This document shows positions 42,803 to 51,642 of a stretch of DNA of 64,000 nucleotides, piece by piece. A program made the position numbers and the translations under genes. The stretch's first letter is position 1. Each line of letters opens with the position of its first letter. The stretch comes from Clostridiales bacterium (GTDB taxonomy: Bacteria > Bacillota > Clostridia > Christensenellales > Aristaeellaceae): positions 14,207 through 78,206 of the forward strand of contig JAAYDR010000113.1 of assembly GCA_012729115.1 (NCBI GenBank), written 5' to 3'. Under the pieces are notes generated by a model. The model saw nothing but the letters and a program-made list of their open reading frames with translations, had not been told where the DNA came from and searched no databases.

Positions 42803-43783
42803 ATGGCAACGCTCAGGGATGTGGCCGAGCGGTCCGGTGTTACGGTAACAACCATATCCCGCATGATGAACGGACGCGGGAATGTCAGCGCCAAGACGCG
42901 GGCCAAGATTGAGGCAGCGATGAAGGAGCTGGACTATCACCCCAACGAGCTGGCCCGCTCCCTGGCCAAGAAAACCACCAACTTTATCGGGCTGATCGTT
43001 CCATCCGCCATGAATTATTTCTTTGCCAGCGTCATCCAGAGCGTGGAAGCGTACGCCTCGGCCCATGGCTGCAAGCTGCTGCTTTGTGTGTCCAACCGGG
43101 ATGTGCGCAAGGAAAAGGAATATTTCAGCATGCTCCTGGGCAACAAGGTGATGGGCATCATCCTGGCCAACTTCACCCAAAACGCCGAGGACTTTCTGGG
43201 CATCAACGCGCCGATGGTTATCATTGAAAGAGAGCCCTCGCCCCACATCCCCTGCGCGCTGACCGACAACTATCATGGCGGTTATATCGCGGCGGAGCAT
43301 CTGATCAGCAAGGGCTGCAAAAAGCTGCTGTTCTTCCACGGCAAAGCCGAGCTGGACACCGACCCGGACAAGCGCTTCATCGGTTTTCGGGACGCATGCC
43401 AAAAGCATGGCGTGGAGCTGCCCGTGCAGGTGGACGCCACCTGGAGCGAGTTTATCAGCATGAACTATGACGGCACCATCGGCCGTCTGTTCCGGGAGTA
43501 CCCCCAGGCGGACGGCATTCTGGCCTCCAACGACATCATGGCTGTGGGCATCCTGCGCTACTGCCGCCGCCACCAAATTCCGGTGCCCGAGCGGCTTAAG
43601 GTCGTGGGGTATGACGATACGCCCTTCGCGGTCAACTGCGCCATGCCTCTGACCACCATCCATCAGCCCATCGACGAGCTGTGCCGCTTTGCGGTGGAGT
43701 GCATCCTGCGCATCTCCAGCGGCGAGGTGGTGCCCACCAAAACAGTTTTCCCTGTGTCCCTTGTGGAGAGGGAATCCACATAA
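42803..43783 (+). CDS. LacI family transcriptional regulator
   Basis: MATLRDVAERSGVTVTTISRMMNGRGNVSAKTRAKI HTH plus a periplasmic-binding-fold core. ATG 42803 follows GGAGGGA. Confidence 0.92.
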   Translation: MATLRDVAERSGVTVTTISRMMNGRGNVSAKTRAKIEAAMKELDYHPNELARSLAKKTTNFIGLIVPSAMNYFFASVIQSVEAYASAHGCKLLLCVSNRDVRKEKEYFSMLLGNKVMGIILANFTQNAEDFLGINAPMVIIEREPSPHIPCALTDNYHGGYIAAEHLISKGCKKLLFFHGKAELDTDPDKRFIGFRDACQKHGVELPVQVDATWSEFISMNYDGTIGRLFREYPQADGILASNDIMAVGILRYCRRHQIPVPERLKVVGYDDTPFAVNCAMPLTTIHQPIDELCRFAVECILRISSGEVVPTKTVFPVSLVEREST

Positions 43784-43798
43784 AGAAACCGGGGAAGG

Positions 43799-45472
43799 TC
43801 AATTCCCCAGTTCCATCAATCCCTCCGTCGTATCCATTCTCATCACAAAACGCAATTTGGCCAGGTCGGCTTCCAGCAGCGCTGTGGCGCCGTCTTTTTG
43901 CCATGTCATGCGCAGGCTGTGGGCGTCGGGCTGCTCAAACTCCGCATGGGCGTCCAGGTCAAAGGCCGGGCACTGGTTGCGCATTCTCAGCATACGCACC
44001 TGCAGGGCGGTCACGGGCTTTGCCAGCGCTTCCCGCACGTCCTCCCGGGTCAAATTGGTGCGGTTGATCTCCTTGTGCCCCGCCGGGCCGCCCTGCCGGA
44101 CCGCCTGAAGATCATTTTTGCCCGCGAACAGGTCCAGATACCATACCTGGGGCTTGCCGGGCATGAACAGCTGCAGGGCGCGGGCCAACAGCAGCTTGCG
44201 CTCATCGCATCCAAGGGCGCTGAAATAGGTGGAATTCACCTGATAATACATGTTTTTCTGGCCGTGAAGGTTTTTGATGAGCCCGCCGCGGCTTACGATG
44301 AGGTCAATCAGCACCTGGATGCGCTCCTCGGGCACCAGCCCCTTCAAATCCAGCATGGGAATGCCGTCATGGCATCCAAGCATGTTGACGGTTTGCACTT
44401 TTCTTTCCCGAAGCTCCCGCGCCCAGCGCAGCAGCGTGGTGGAGTCCGCATTTTCAATGGCGTCAATCACCAGCCCGGGCAGGAAAAAGTCATAGAGCAT
44501 GTAGCCCTTGTCGCACAAGGTGCGGTAGCTGCCCGATGCATAGGAATCGTGAATTTCCGGCAGCAGGGTAAGCCCGCGGGGCTGGGCCAGCCGGCGCACC
44601 TGCTCCAGCATGTCCCAGGTGTCCGGCTCGTTGAGGAAGTTGCGCTTGCCCACCGTCTTGGGCGCGTAGGCAAAGGCGTCCAGCCGCACGATGGATGCGC
44701 CGTACTCCCTGAGCTGATCCAGGGTGTTCTCATAAAACTCCCATACAAGGGGTGAGCGCAGGTTCAAGTCCATCTGCCCCAGGTAGCGGCGGCGGGATTC
44801 CAGGAGCGCGGCAATGCGCTCCTGTTGCCTGCCAAGGGCCATTTGCGCCGGCGGGATGCCCTCCTGAAGCTGCTGGGCGATCTTCCCGGCCAAAAGCGCT
44901 GCCTCGCCGTATTGCAGCCCCAGGGCTTCCATCAGTTCCTGGGCGTCCGGCGCGCGGTAGCGTACTTCCTGATAGAAGGTGTTCCAGTAGGGCTCATCCC
45001 GCCCGTCGGGGAAGCGCACCATCAGGATGGGCAGCCCTGGTTTGCGGAAGAACATGTCCCGGATGAGCGCCGGGTCGGGCTGAATAAAGCCCTCTTCCGT
45101 CATCGTGCCATGTCCCTCCCAGAACCGGTTCCAGTCAATGAAAAAATCCCGGTAGGGGGAACTGTCCCCGTTTTTGATCACGTCCTGAAACTGGGGCGAA
45201 AGCACGGAGAGGTGGTTGAGGACGAAGTCCAGCTTCAGGTCCACCCCCATCCTGCGCAGATGTTCCAGATCCTCCTCTGTGGCCAGCAGCTGGTTGAGGT
45301 TGTAGCTGATCACCGAAAAGCCCCTGTCCAGATCGGTGTCAAACAGGCTGGGCAAAATGTAGAAGGAATGAAACGCGCCGCGAAGGGCAGGGTCGTCCAG
45401 CAACTGGGCACACTGGCCGAGGGTGCCGCCCAGGCTGTCCGGGTAGGCGTTCAGCATTGCGCCGTTGTTCAT
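43799..45472 (-). CDS. GH13 subfamily-18-like glycoside phosphorylase (sucrose phosphorylase family)
   Basis: Catalytic signatures are conserved: RLDAFAY (nucleophile Asp), LPEIHD (acid/base Glu), GCHDG. There is a long match to the sucrose-phosphorylase C-terminal block (YYQVNSTYFSALGCDERKLLLARALQLFMPGKPQVWY...GKND...INR). Confidence 0.85.
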   Translation of the reverse strand: MNNGAMLNAYPDSLGGTLGQCAQLLDDPALRGAFHSFYILPSLFDTDLDRGFSVISYNLNQLLATEEDLEHLRRMGVDLKLDFVLNHLSVLSPQFQDVIKNGDSSPYRDFFIDWNRFWEGHGTMTEEGFIQPDPALIRDMFFRKPGLPILMVRFPDGRDEPYWNTFYQEVRYRAPDAQELMEALGLQYGEAALLAGKIAQQLQEGIPPAQMALGRQQERIAALLESRRRYLGQMDLNLRSPLVWEFYENTLDQLREYGASIVRLDAFAYAPKTVGKRNFLNEPDTWDMLEQVRRLAQPRGLTLLPEIHDSYASGSYRTLCDKGYMLYDFFLPGLVIDAIENADSTTLLRWARELRERKVQTVNMLGCHDGIPMLDLKGLVPEERIQVLIDLIVSRGGLIKNLHGQKNMYYQVNSTYFSALGCDERKLLLARALQLFMPGKPQVWYLDLFAGKNDLQAVRQGGPAGHKEINRTNLTREDVREALAKPVTALQVRMLRMRNQCPAFDLDAHAEFEQPDAHSLRMTWQKDGATALLEADLAKLRFVMRMDTTEGLMELGN

Positions 45473-45487
45473 GCATTTCCTCCCATG

Positions 45488-46453
45488 CTATGCCCGGGCC
45501 ATCAGCAGCCGATACTCGTCATAGGTCATCAGCTCGCCGGCCTTGGACAGAATTACGCGGGCCTTGTGTGCCTGGGCCACCAGTTTCTGCTGTTCAATTT
45601 CCAGCACCATGGTGGTAAAGGCGCTGTCCGTTTTGCCGTCCCGGTTGCGGGTGCGGCGGTGGGCCAGCGTTTCCTGGGGTGTGCTGTTCAGCAAGATGGG
45701 CACGTCCACGCCCTCAATGCAGTCGCTGTTGCCATGGGTCCATTCGATGATGAGCACATGGGTGTGCGTCATATCCACGCAGTCGTACCAAAGCTCGGAG
45801 GGCTCGCGCCCCATGCGCTTGAGCATCAGGGAAGGAGCGCCCTGTTTGAAGCGGGCCAGGATGCCCGATACCTCGTCAAAGTCGATCTCATTGGGTGTGC
45901 CCAGATAGCCCGCAAGCGCCCGGCGGCCCGCCCGCTGATACGTTTGAAGCCAGGGCATCTCCGCCGCTGGGTCGGGTTCCGCGTCCTCATCCTGCCGCCA
46001 CAGCTCCCCAAGCCGATCTGTGATGTCCGGGGAGGCAAGGCCATTTGCCACCAGCCCGCGCAGGCCGCCCACCCGGTATACGCGCAGGCGCTCCAGGTCG
46101 TTGTCCCGGGGGATGCGGTGGGGGTAGTTGTCACCGGAGAGGGTGTAGCTGCCCACTCCTGCCTGTGTCAGATAGTAGCTTAAAACAGACGCAATTTCGG
46201 ACTTGCCCACGCCCGAGCCGCCGCACATCGCCACCACCGCCCTTTGGCTGGGGTTCCTTTCCAGGGCGGGGAGCAGCTCCCGTGCCAGGGCGGGATAAAT
46301 CACATTGGCTTTGGCCACGTGTTCCGCGCCAATTTGCACCTTGTCACCCGGCATGTCGCCGTGGGGGATGGTTTCCGGCAGCTGGGGCGGCATCCAGGGC
46401 CGTTCCAATGCTCTTACAATATCCATAGGATCAAGCGCCTCCTTCATCCTCAA
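45488..46453 (-). CDS. P-loop NTPase, uridine-kinase/phosphoribulokinase-like
   Basis: Walker A in VAMCGGSGVGKSE, followed by YTLSGDNYPH. The fold assignment is by eye only. Confidence 0.6.
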   Translation of the reverse strand: MRMKEALDPMDIVRALERPWMPPQLPETIPHGDMPGDKVQIGAEHVAKANVIYPALARELLPALERNPSQRAVVAMCGGSGVGKSEIASVLSYYLTQAGVGSYTLSGDNYPHRIPRDNDLERLRVYRVGGLRGLVANGLASPDITDRLGELWRQDEDAEPDPAAEMPWLQTYQRAGRRALAGYLGTPNEIDFDEVSGILARFKQGAPSLMLKRMGREPSELWYDCVDMTHTHVLIIEWTHGNSDCIEGVDVPILLNSTPQETLAHRRTRNRDGKTDSAFTTMVLEIEQQKLVAQAHKARVILSKAGELMTYDEYRLLMARA

Positions 46454-47220
46454 GCGCGCAGAAAGCGAAAGCAGCTTTCCAGCCGGTCATCCCAGTAGGG
46501 AATGTCGTGCTGTCCGTCCCCTTCCTCATAGCAAAGGGGCACGCCTTCCTCCTGCAGGAAATCCCGGAAGCTCAGGCACGCGTCCCGCACCAGCCAGTCC
46601 TGCCTGCCGCAGCACATGTACAGCCTGGGCAGGTTTTTGCCGCTCTTCTTGAGGGCGGCAATGGCGTTCCTGGGATTCAGCAGGGAGGCAGCGTAGCGCT
46701 CCGCACCGCCAAACAGCGCGTCAAACAACGTGGAGGGAACCGCGCCCTCGCCGGTCTTTTCAAACAGCCTGTCCGGTTCGATGGCAGGCGACAGCATCGC
46801 GATGCGGGAAAAGGTGTCCGGCCTTTGGAGTCCCAGCACAGCCGCGCCGTAGCCGCCCATGGAGATGCCGCCGATGAAGGTATTCTGGGGCTGATGGGAA
46901 AGGGAGGGCAGCAGCGTGCGGGTAATTTCCACCAGTTCATCGCCCACATAGCACCCATGCTGCGTTGCCCTCTCCGGGTGATCGGTGTAAAAGGAGTTTT
47001 CGCCCTCCGGGATCACCACGGCCATGCCAAAAAGAGCGCTCATCTGCCGAAGGGGCAGGCAGGTGGCAAGCTCCTCGGCACTGGCCGAGTAGCCCGGCAA
47101 AAAATACAGCGTGGGATAGGGAGCCTTCGCGTCCGGGTATCCGTCGTGGCAGGGAAGGAACACATGCACGTCCGTGGCGCGCATCAGCATTTGAGATTTT
47201 ACGGTCAGCCGGATATACAA
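46450..47220 (-). CDS. alpha/beta hydrolase, esterase-D family (paralog 2)
   Basis: PTLYFLPGYS, GGISMGGYGA, and GRQDW...GQHD triad elements. Confidence 0.85.
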   Translation of the reverse strand: MYIRLTVKSQMLMRATDVHVFLPCHDGYPDAKAPYPTLYFLPGYSASAEELATCLPLRQMSALFGMAVVIPEGENSFYTDHPERATQHGCYVGDELVEITRTLLPSLSHQPQNTFIGGISMGGYGAAVLGLQRPDTFSRIAMLSPAIEPDRLFEKTGEGAVPSTLFDALFGGAERYAASLLNPRNAIAALKKSGKNLPRLYMCCGRQDWLVRDACLSFRDFLQEEGVPLCYEEGDGQHDIPYWDDRLESCFRFLRA

Positions 47221-48008
47221 GCAGCTTCCCCTCCCTTTCCGGTCAGAAACTGGCAGCAGGGGGTCAGCGCCCGCTTCCAGAACGCATGGTCGTGCCCGCC
47301 TTCCGCCTCGTACAGGGCGAGGGGTGCGCCCGCCTCCCGCAGCTCAGAGGCGTAGCGCCGGCAGCTTTCGCCTACAAGCCCATCCTGCCGCCCCCAGGTG
47401 AGGAACAGTTCCGGCATGGACGCCGGGTCTTCAAGAGCCTTTTGGGTGGCATGGCGTACGTCCTTGTAGGTGCCCTCGTACTGCTTCCATCTGCCCAGGG
47501 TGGCCAGCAGCTCGCCATGGGGCACGGGGCAGCCCGGCGTGGGTTGGTCATCGCGATTGGTCAGCTCCAGCGCGGGCGACAGCATGGCGATCTTCCCAAA
47601 GGTCCGGGGAAAGCGCAGGCCGTTGACCAGTGCACCGTAGCCGCCCATGGAGATGCCGCCGATGAAGGTTTCATCCCGCTCCCGGGACAGGGGAAGCAGC
47701 TCCCGGGTCACCTCCACGATCTCCCGCCCCACATACTGGCTGAACAGTGCGCCCCGCGCCTCGTCGTCCACATAGAAGGAGTTTTCTCCGTCCACCATCA
47801 CGATGGCAATGCCGTAGACCATCGAGAAAAGGGAGAAATTGGTAAAGGTGGCGGTCTCCAGGCCCCCGCCGGAATAGCCGGGCAGAAAGTACAGCGTGGG
47901 GTAGGGCGGTTTGCGCTCGTTCCAGCCTGTGTAATCCGGCAGAAACACCACGGGATATACGCTGCGGCTCAGACAGTCCGAGCGGAAATTCAAGTGCAGA
48001 TTGGCCAT
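47205..48008 (-). CDS. alpha/beta hydrolase, esterase-D family (paralog 3)
   Basis: PTLYFLPGYSGG, GGISMGGYGA, GRQDG...GGHDHAFW. Overlaps the downstream paralog by 16 nt. Confidence 0.85.
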   Translation of the reverse strand: MANLHLNFRSDCLSRSVYPVVFLPDYTGWNERKPPYPTLYFLPGYSGGGLETATFTNFSLFSMVYGIAIVMVDGENSFYVDDEARGALFSQYVGREIVEVTRELLPLSRERDETFIGGISMGGYGALVNGLRFPRTFGKIAMLSPALELTNRDDQPTPGCPVPHGELLATLGRWKQYEGTYKDVRHATQKALEDPASMPELFLTWGRQDGLVGESCRRYASELREAGAPLALYEAEGGHDHAFWKRALTPCCQFLTGKGGEAACISG

Positions 48009-48047
48009 AGTAACCTCCTCAGGCGGTGTGAAGAACCCTATATGTCC

Positions 48048-48878
48048 TTATCCTTTGACGCTGCCCTGCACCACGCCTTCCAGAATCTGCTTCTGGCATA
48101 CAAGGTAGAACAGCAGCATGGGCGTGATGCTCATCACCAGCCCGGCCATCATGGGCGAATAATCGTTGGAATACTGGGCGCAGAAGACGCGGATCATCAT
48201 GGGCAGGGTGCGCATCTCCTGGGTGTTGAGGAACAGGCTGGACAGCAGATAGTCGTTCCAGATGCCCATGGCCACAAACACCAGCAGCGTTACCTGGATG
48301 GGGGTCAGCATGGGCAGAATGATGCGGAAAAACAGCTGTGTGCTGGTGCATCCGTCAATCAGCGCGGCCTGGTCGATCTCCACGGGGATGGAGTTGAGGA
48401 AGCCGCGAATCAGGAAGATGGAAAAAGCGACGTTGAGCCCCACACCGATGTAGATCACCGGCAGCAGGCTGTTGTTGAATCCCAGGGTGGACGCGTACAG
48501 CTTGACCAGCGGGATCATGTACGCCTGAAAGGGTGCGCACATGGACGCAATCATCAGATAATACAGGACGGACACGAAGCGCGATTTCACGCGGCTTACC
48601 ACATAGGCAGCCATGGCGCCCAGCACCGAGATGATGGCGCATACGCTCACCGTAAGAACCAGGGAGTTGCGAAGGGCGGTGAAGAAATGCATCTGCACAA
48701 GAGCCTGCTCATAATTGCTCAGTCTCAGGCTGGTGGGCAGCGAAAACGGGTTGCTGGTAAACTGCCCCGTCGTTTTGAAGGAGTTGATCAGCATCAATAT
48801 CAGCGGAAAGAGGTAGAATACCGTGAGCACAAGCGCGATGGCGAGCATAATCCTCCCGGCGGCGCGTTTCTGCTTCAT
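48048..48878 (-). CDS. carbohydrate ABC transporter permease (MalG-type)
   Basis: 6 TM, with an EAA-loop DQAALIDGCTSTQLFFRIILP. Confidence 0.9.
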   Translation of the reverse strand: MKQKRAAGRIMLAIALVLTVFYLFPLILMLINSFKTTGQFTSNPFSLPTSLRLSNYEQALVQMHFFTALRNSLVLTVSVCAIISVLGAMAAYVVSRVKSRFVSVLYYLMIASMCAPFQAYMIPLVKLYASTLGFNNSLLPVIYIGVGLNVAFSIFLIRGFLNSIPVEIDQAALIDGCTSTQLFFRIILPMLTPIQVTLLVFVAMGIWNDYLLSSLFLNTQEMRTLPMMIRVFCAQYSNDYSPMMAGLVMSITPMLLFYLVCQKQILEGVVQGSVKG

Positions 48879-48879
48879 A

Positions 48880-49761
48880 CTACAGCTGCACCTCCCGCTT
48901 CTGGGTCAGGTAAGCCTGCAGGACGGAGATGAGTGCGACGATAATAAAAAGCACCACTGCCTGGGCCTGGGCATTGCCAAACTTGAGGCTCACAAAGGCC
49001 GTGTTGTAGATGCGGAAGGCGATCAGCTCGGTGGAGTTGTAGGGGCCGCCGTCGGTCAGGGACATGTTGACCTCAAACACCATGAAGGAGCGCACGATGG
49101 CCAGAAACAGGCAGATGGTAATGGAGGAGCGGATCATGGGCAGGCGAACATTGCGAAACACGCTCAGCGCTCCCGCGCCGTCCACCCGAGCGGCTTCCAC
49201 AAGCTCGCCCGGCACATTGGTAAAACCCGCAACGTAAATGATCATCAGATAAGCGCTCAGCTGCCATGAGGACACCAGTATCATTGCGATCATTGCTTTG
49301 GTGGGGTCGGAGAGCATGGAGGTGGCCAGCCACTGGACTCCCAGGGACGAGCCTACCAGCGTGACACCGTAGGCGAAGATGTATTTCCAGATGTAGCCCA
49401 TCGCCACGCCGCCGATGACATTGGGAATGAAGATGGCCGTGCGGAACAGGTTGCGCCCTTTCAGCGCGCTGGTGAGCAGCAGCCCCAGACTCAGCCCCAC
49501 CACGTTGCTGAGGATGACCACGCCCACCGTATACCATGCGGTACGCTCCAGCGACAGCCAGAACTTGGCGTTGGTAAACAGCTTGGTGTAGTTGGCCAGC
49601 CCCACCAGGGTGTAGTTGGAGCCGATGCCATCCCATTTGGTAAAGGATATCCAAATGCCGTAGAAGAAAGGAATCACCATGGCGGTGATCCATATCAGGA
49701 CCGCGGGGACAAAAAACAGCAGGATGATCTTCCACGAATCCTGCCTGCGCGTGCTGATCAT
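48880..49761 (-). CDS. sugar ABC transporter permease (MalF-type)
   Basis: 6 TM, with an EAA-loop VEAARVDGAGALSVFRNVRLP. Confidence 0.9.
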   Translation of the reverse strand: MISTRRQDSWKIILLFFVPAVLIWITAMVIPFFYGIWISFTKWDGIGSNYTLVGLANYTKLFTNAKFWLSLERTAWYTVGVVILSNVVGLSLGLLLTSALKGRNLFRTAIFIPNVIGGVAMGYIWKYIFAYGVTLVGSSLGVQWLATSMLSDPTKAMIAMILVSSWQLSAYLMIIYVAGFTNVPGELVEAARVDGAGALSVFRNVRLPMIRSSITICLFLAIVRSFMVFEVNMSLTDGGPYNSTELIAFRIYNTAFVSLKFGNAQAQAVVLFIIVALISVLQAYLTQKREVQL

Positions 49762-49845
49762 CAGGGATCGCCTCCTTTGATGCCAAAAGAAGGCGGGCAG
49801 GGTTTATGCCCCCATAAGCCCTGCCCGCCTTCCATACGGGTTGTG

Positions 49846-51147
49846 TCAGTCCAGATCCGCGAAGTAGCCTTCGATTTCGGCAGCCAGCGTCGCGCGGTCC
49901 ATCTGTCCGGCCAGGTATGCCTGCATGAAGGGGCCTACATGGAGCCAGAAGTCGGAGGGAGCTTCACAGATGTAGGTGCTGATGTCCAGGATTTTGCCGG
50001 CGTTCAGGTACTCCTGGGTGGAGACCGCCAGCGGGTTCTCGTTGACCACCGTCACGTTGTCAAAGGGCAGCGTGGAGCCGATCTTTTTCACCATGAACTC
50101 CTGGCCGGCCGGGCTCAGCGCCAGCCACTGGGCCAGAATGGCGCCTGCCTGCTGCTGCTCGGGGGTGTTCTGATAGGTGTCTACGCAGTAGCCCTTGGGG
50201 CAGGAACCCAGCAGTTTGTTGTTGCGGGGATCATTTTCATCGTTGGTGAGGGGCAGGGGCATGGTGGCCACGTCGTCCCGCTCCGCGAAGGTCTGAATCT
50301 GCAGCCAGTTCCAGTCGCCCTGGAACATCGTGGCGGCCTTGCCGGTGGAGAGCTTCTCCAGGTCGCCCTCCTGGGTGTCGGCCAGAGGATCGGCCTTGTT
50401 TACGTTGTACTTCATCAGGATGTCAAACACGTCCAGCAGGGTGTTGAAGTGCTGATTCCCGATGAGGGATACTTCGCCGTCCTTGAGGCCCCGGAGCATG
50501 GCGCGCTGCGCTTCCTTGTCGCCCAGCCACTCGGAGAAGAACTGGCAGCCCAGGTAGTGAGCGCCCAGGGCCCAGTCGGCGCTGAAGACGATGGTGGCGG
50601 GATAGCCGGCGGCCTCAAAGGCGTCGAAGAAGGCTACCAGCTTGTCAACGGTGTTCACCTGGTTGACGTCATAACCCTCGCCGAACACTTCCTTCACCAG
50701 CCGCTTGTTGTACATCAGGCCAAAGCCCTGATAGCTGCTGGGGATGCCGTACACCGCGTCACTGCCTTCCTTCTGGCAGTACTCGATGCCGCTGAGGATA
50801 TGGCTCATGAACGCGGTGTCGCCCTTGGTGAAATCATACATGTAGTCGCTGTAATTGAGAATCTGGCCCACGTCCAGCAGGGACACGGTGGGCGCGGTGC
50901 CGGCGGAGTAGAGCGCCAGCCACGCAGCCAGCTGATCGTCGCCGCAGGGATAGTAATTCACCGTAATCCAGGGGTATTCCTCCATGAATTTGCCAAGCAG
51001 TTCCACCGTGGCGTCGTCCACGCCTGCCTGGGTGGAGTAGAAGGAGATGGTAACGGGGGTCTGATCCGCACCGCTTTCCGCGACCGCCGCGCCAACGGAC
51101 ACCAGCATCGCCAGTGTTATCAGGAGGGCAACCAGTTTCTTCATCAT
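49846..51147 (-). CDS. ABC transporter sugar-binding protein (family 1)
   Basis: ATG 51147 follows AAGGGAG. Signal peptide MMKKLVALLITLAMLVSVGAAVA|ES. About 430 aa, the typical size. Confidence 0.85.
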   Translation of the reverse strand: MMKKLVALLITLAMLVSVGAAVAESGADQTPVTISFYSTQAGVDDATVELLGKFMEEYPWITVNYYPCGDDQLAAWLALYSAGTAPTVSLLDVGQILNYSDYMYDFTKGDTAFMSHILSGIEYCQKEGSDAVYGIPSSYQGFGLMYNKRLVKEVFGEGYDVNQVNTVDKLVAFFDAFEAAGYPATIVFSADWALGAHYLGCQFFSEWLGDKEAQRAMLRGLKDGEVSLIGNQHFNTLLDVFDILMKYNVNKADPLADTQEGDLEKLSTGKAATMFQGDWNWLQIQTFAERDDVATMPLPLTNDENDPRNNKLLGSCPKGYCVDTYQNTPEQQQAGAILAQWLALSPAGQEFMVKKIGSTLPFDNVTVVNENPLAVSTQEYLNAGKILDISTYICEAPSDFWLHVGPFMQAYLAGQMDRATLAAEIEGYFADLD

Positions 51148-51437
51148 GATGTATTCTCCCTTCCCATATTCCATTCCCGCGAGAGAGTACCCGCAGGTTC
51201 TATGGGTACAGCATAGCACAGCGCCATAAAAATGTCAATCGCATGACATTGCAAATTTTAGCCATTTGGACAATAATGGAACAAATCATACAGACAATTT
51301 GGGGGATATAGGGGGTGTGCAATGCAAACAGGAAGTTTGACGAAAATTGTTGTGTTATGCGTTTGACAAGATGAGAAAGACAGCCAAAAAAAGCCGAAAA
51401 ATCCCATAATGGAGAGCTTTTCGCCGTTTCTTGCGCA

Positions 51438-51466
51438 TTGACAACCACACCCGGCCATGCTATATT
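51438..51466 (+). promoter_or_regulatory. sigma-A-type promoter for the GH35 gene
   Basis: TTGACA (51438-51443), 17-nt spacer, TATATT (51461-51466). This leaves a ~170-nt leader. Confidence 0.6.
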
Positions 51467-51642
51467 GGAACCACGAACCGGTTGCACAAGTTGAATGGTA
51501 AAAGTGAGCGGGTTTGACGATGAATGAGATCGCCAAAGAACTGTGTTTTCGAAAACCACTGTGACCCGCGCCTTTTCTTTTTTCTGATTCTACAAAAGAA
51601 CGGGTCCCCTCCCCTGGGGACCCCGCAGTGAAGGGATGAACC

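Noticed and set aside
41721-43663. Minus-strand ORFs of 362 aa (41721-42809) and 307 aa (42740-43663).
   Set aside because: They are antisense to the MBL hydrolase and LacI regulator genes, both of which have diagnostic motifs. The compositions are shadow-like.
44825-48932. Plus-strand ORFs of 452 aa (44825-46183), 282 aa (46507-47355) and 655 aa (46965-48932).
   Set aside because: They are antisense to the phosphorylase, P-loop, esterase and permease genes. They have Arg/Gly/His-rich low-complexity translations and span several real gene boundaries.
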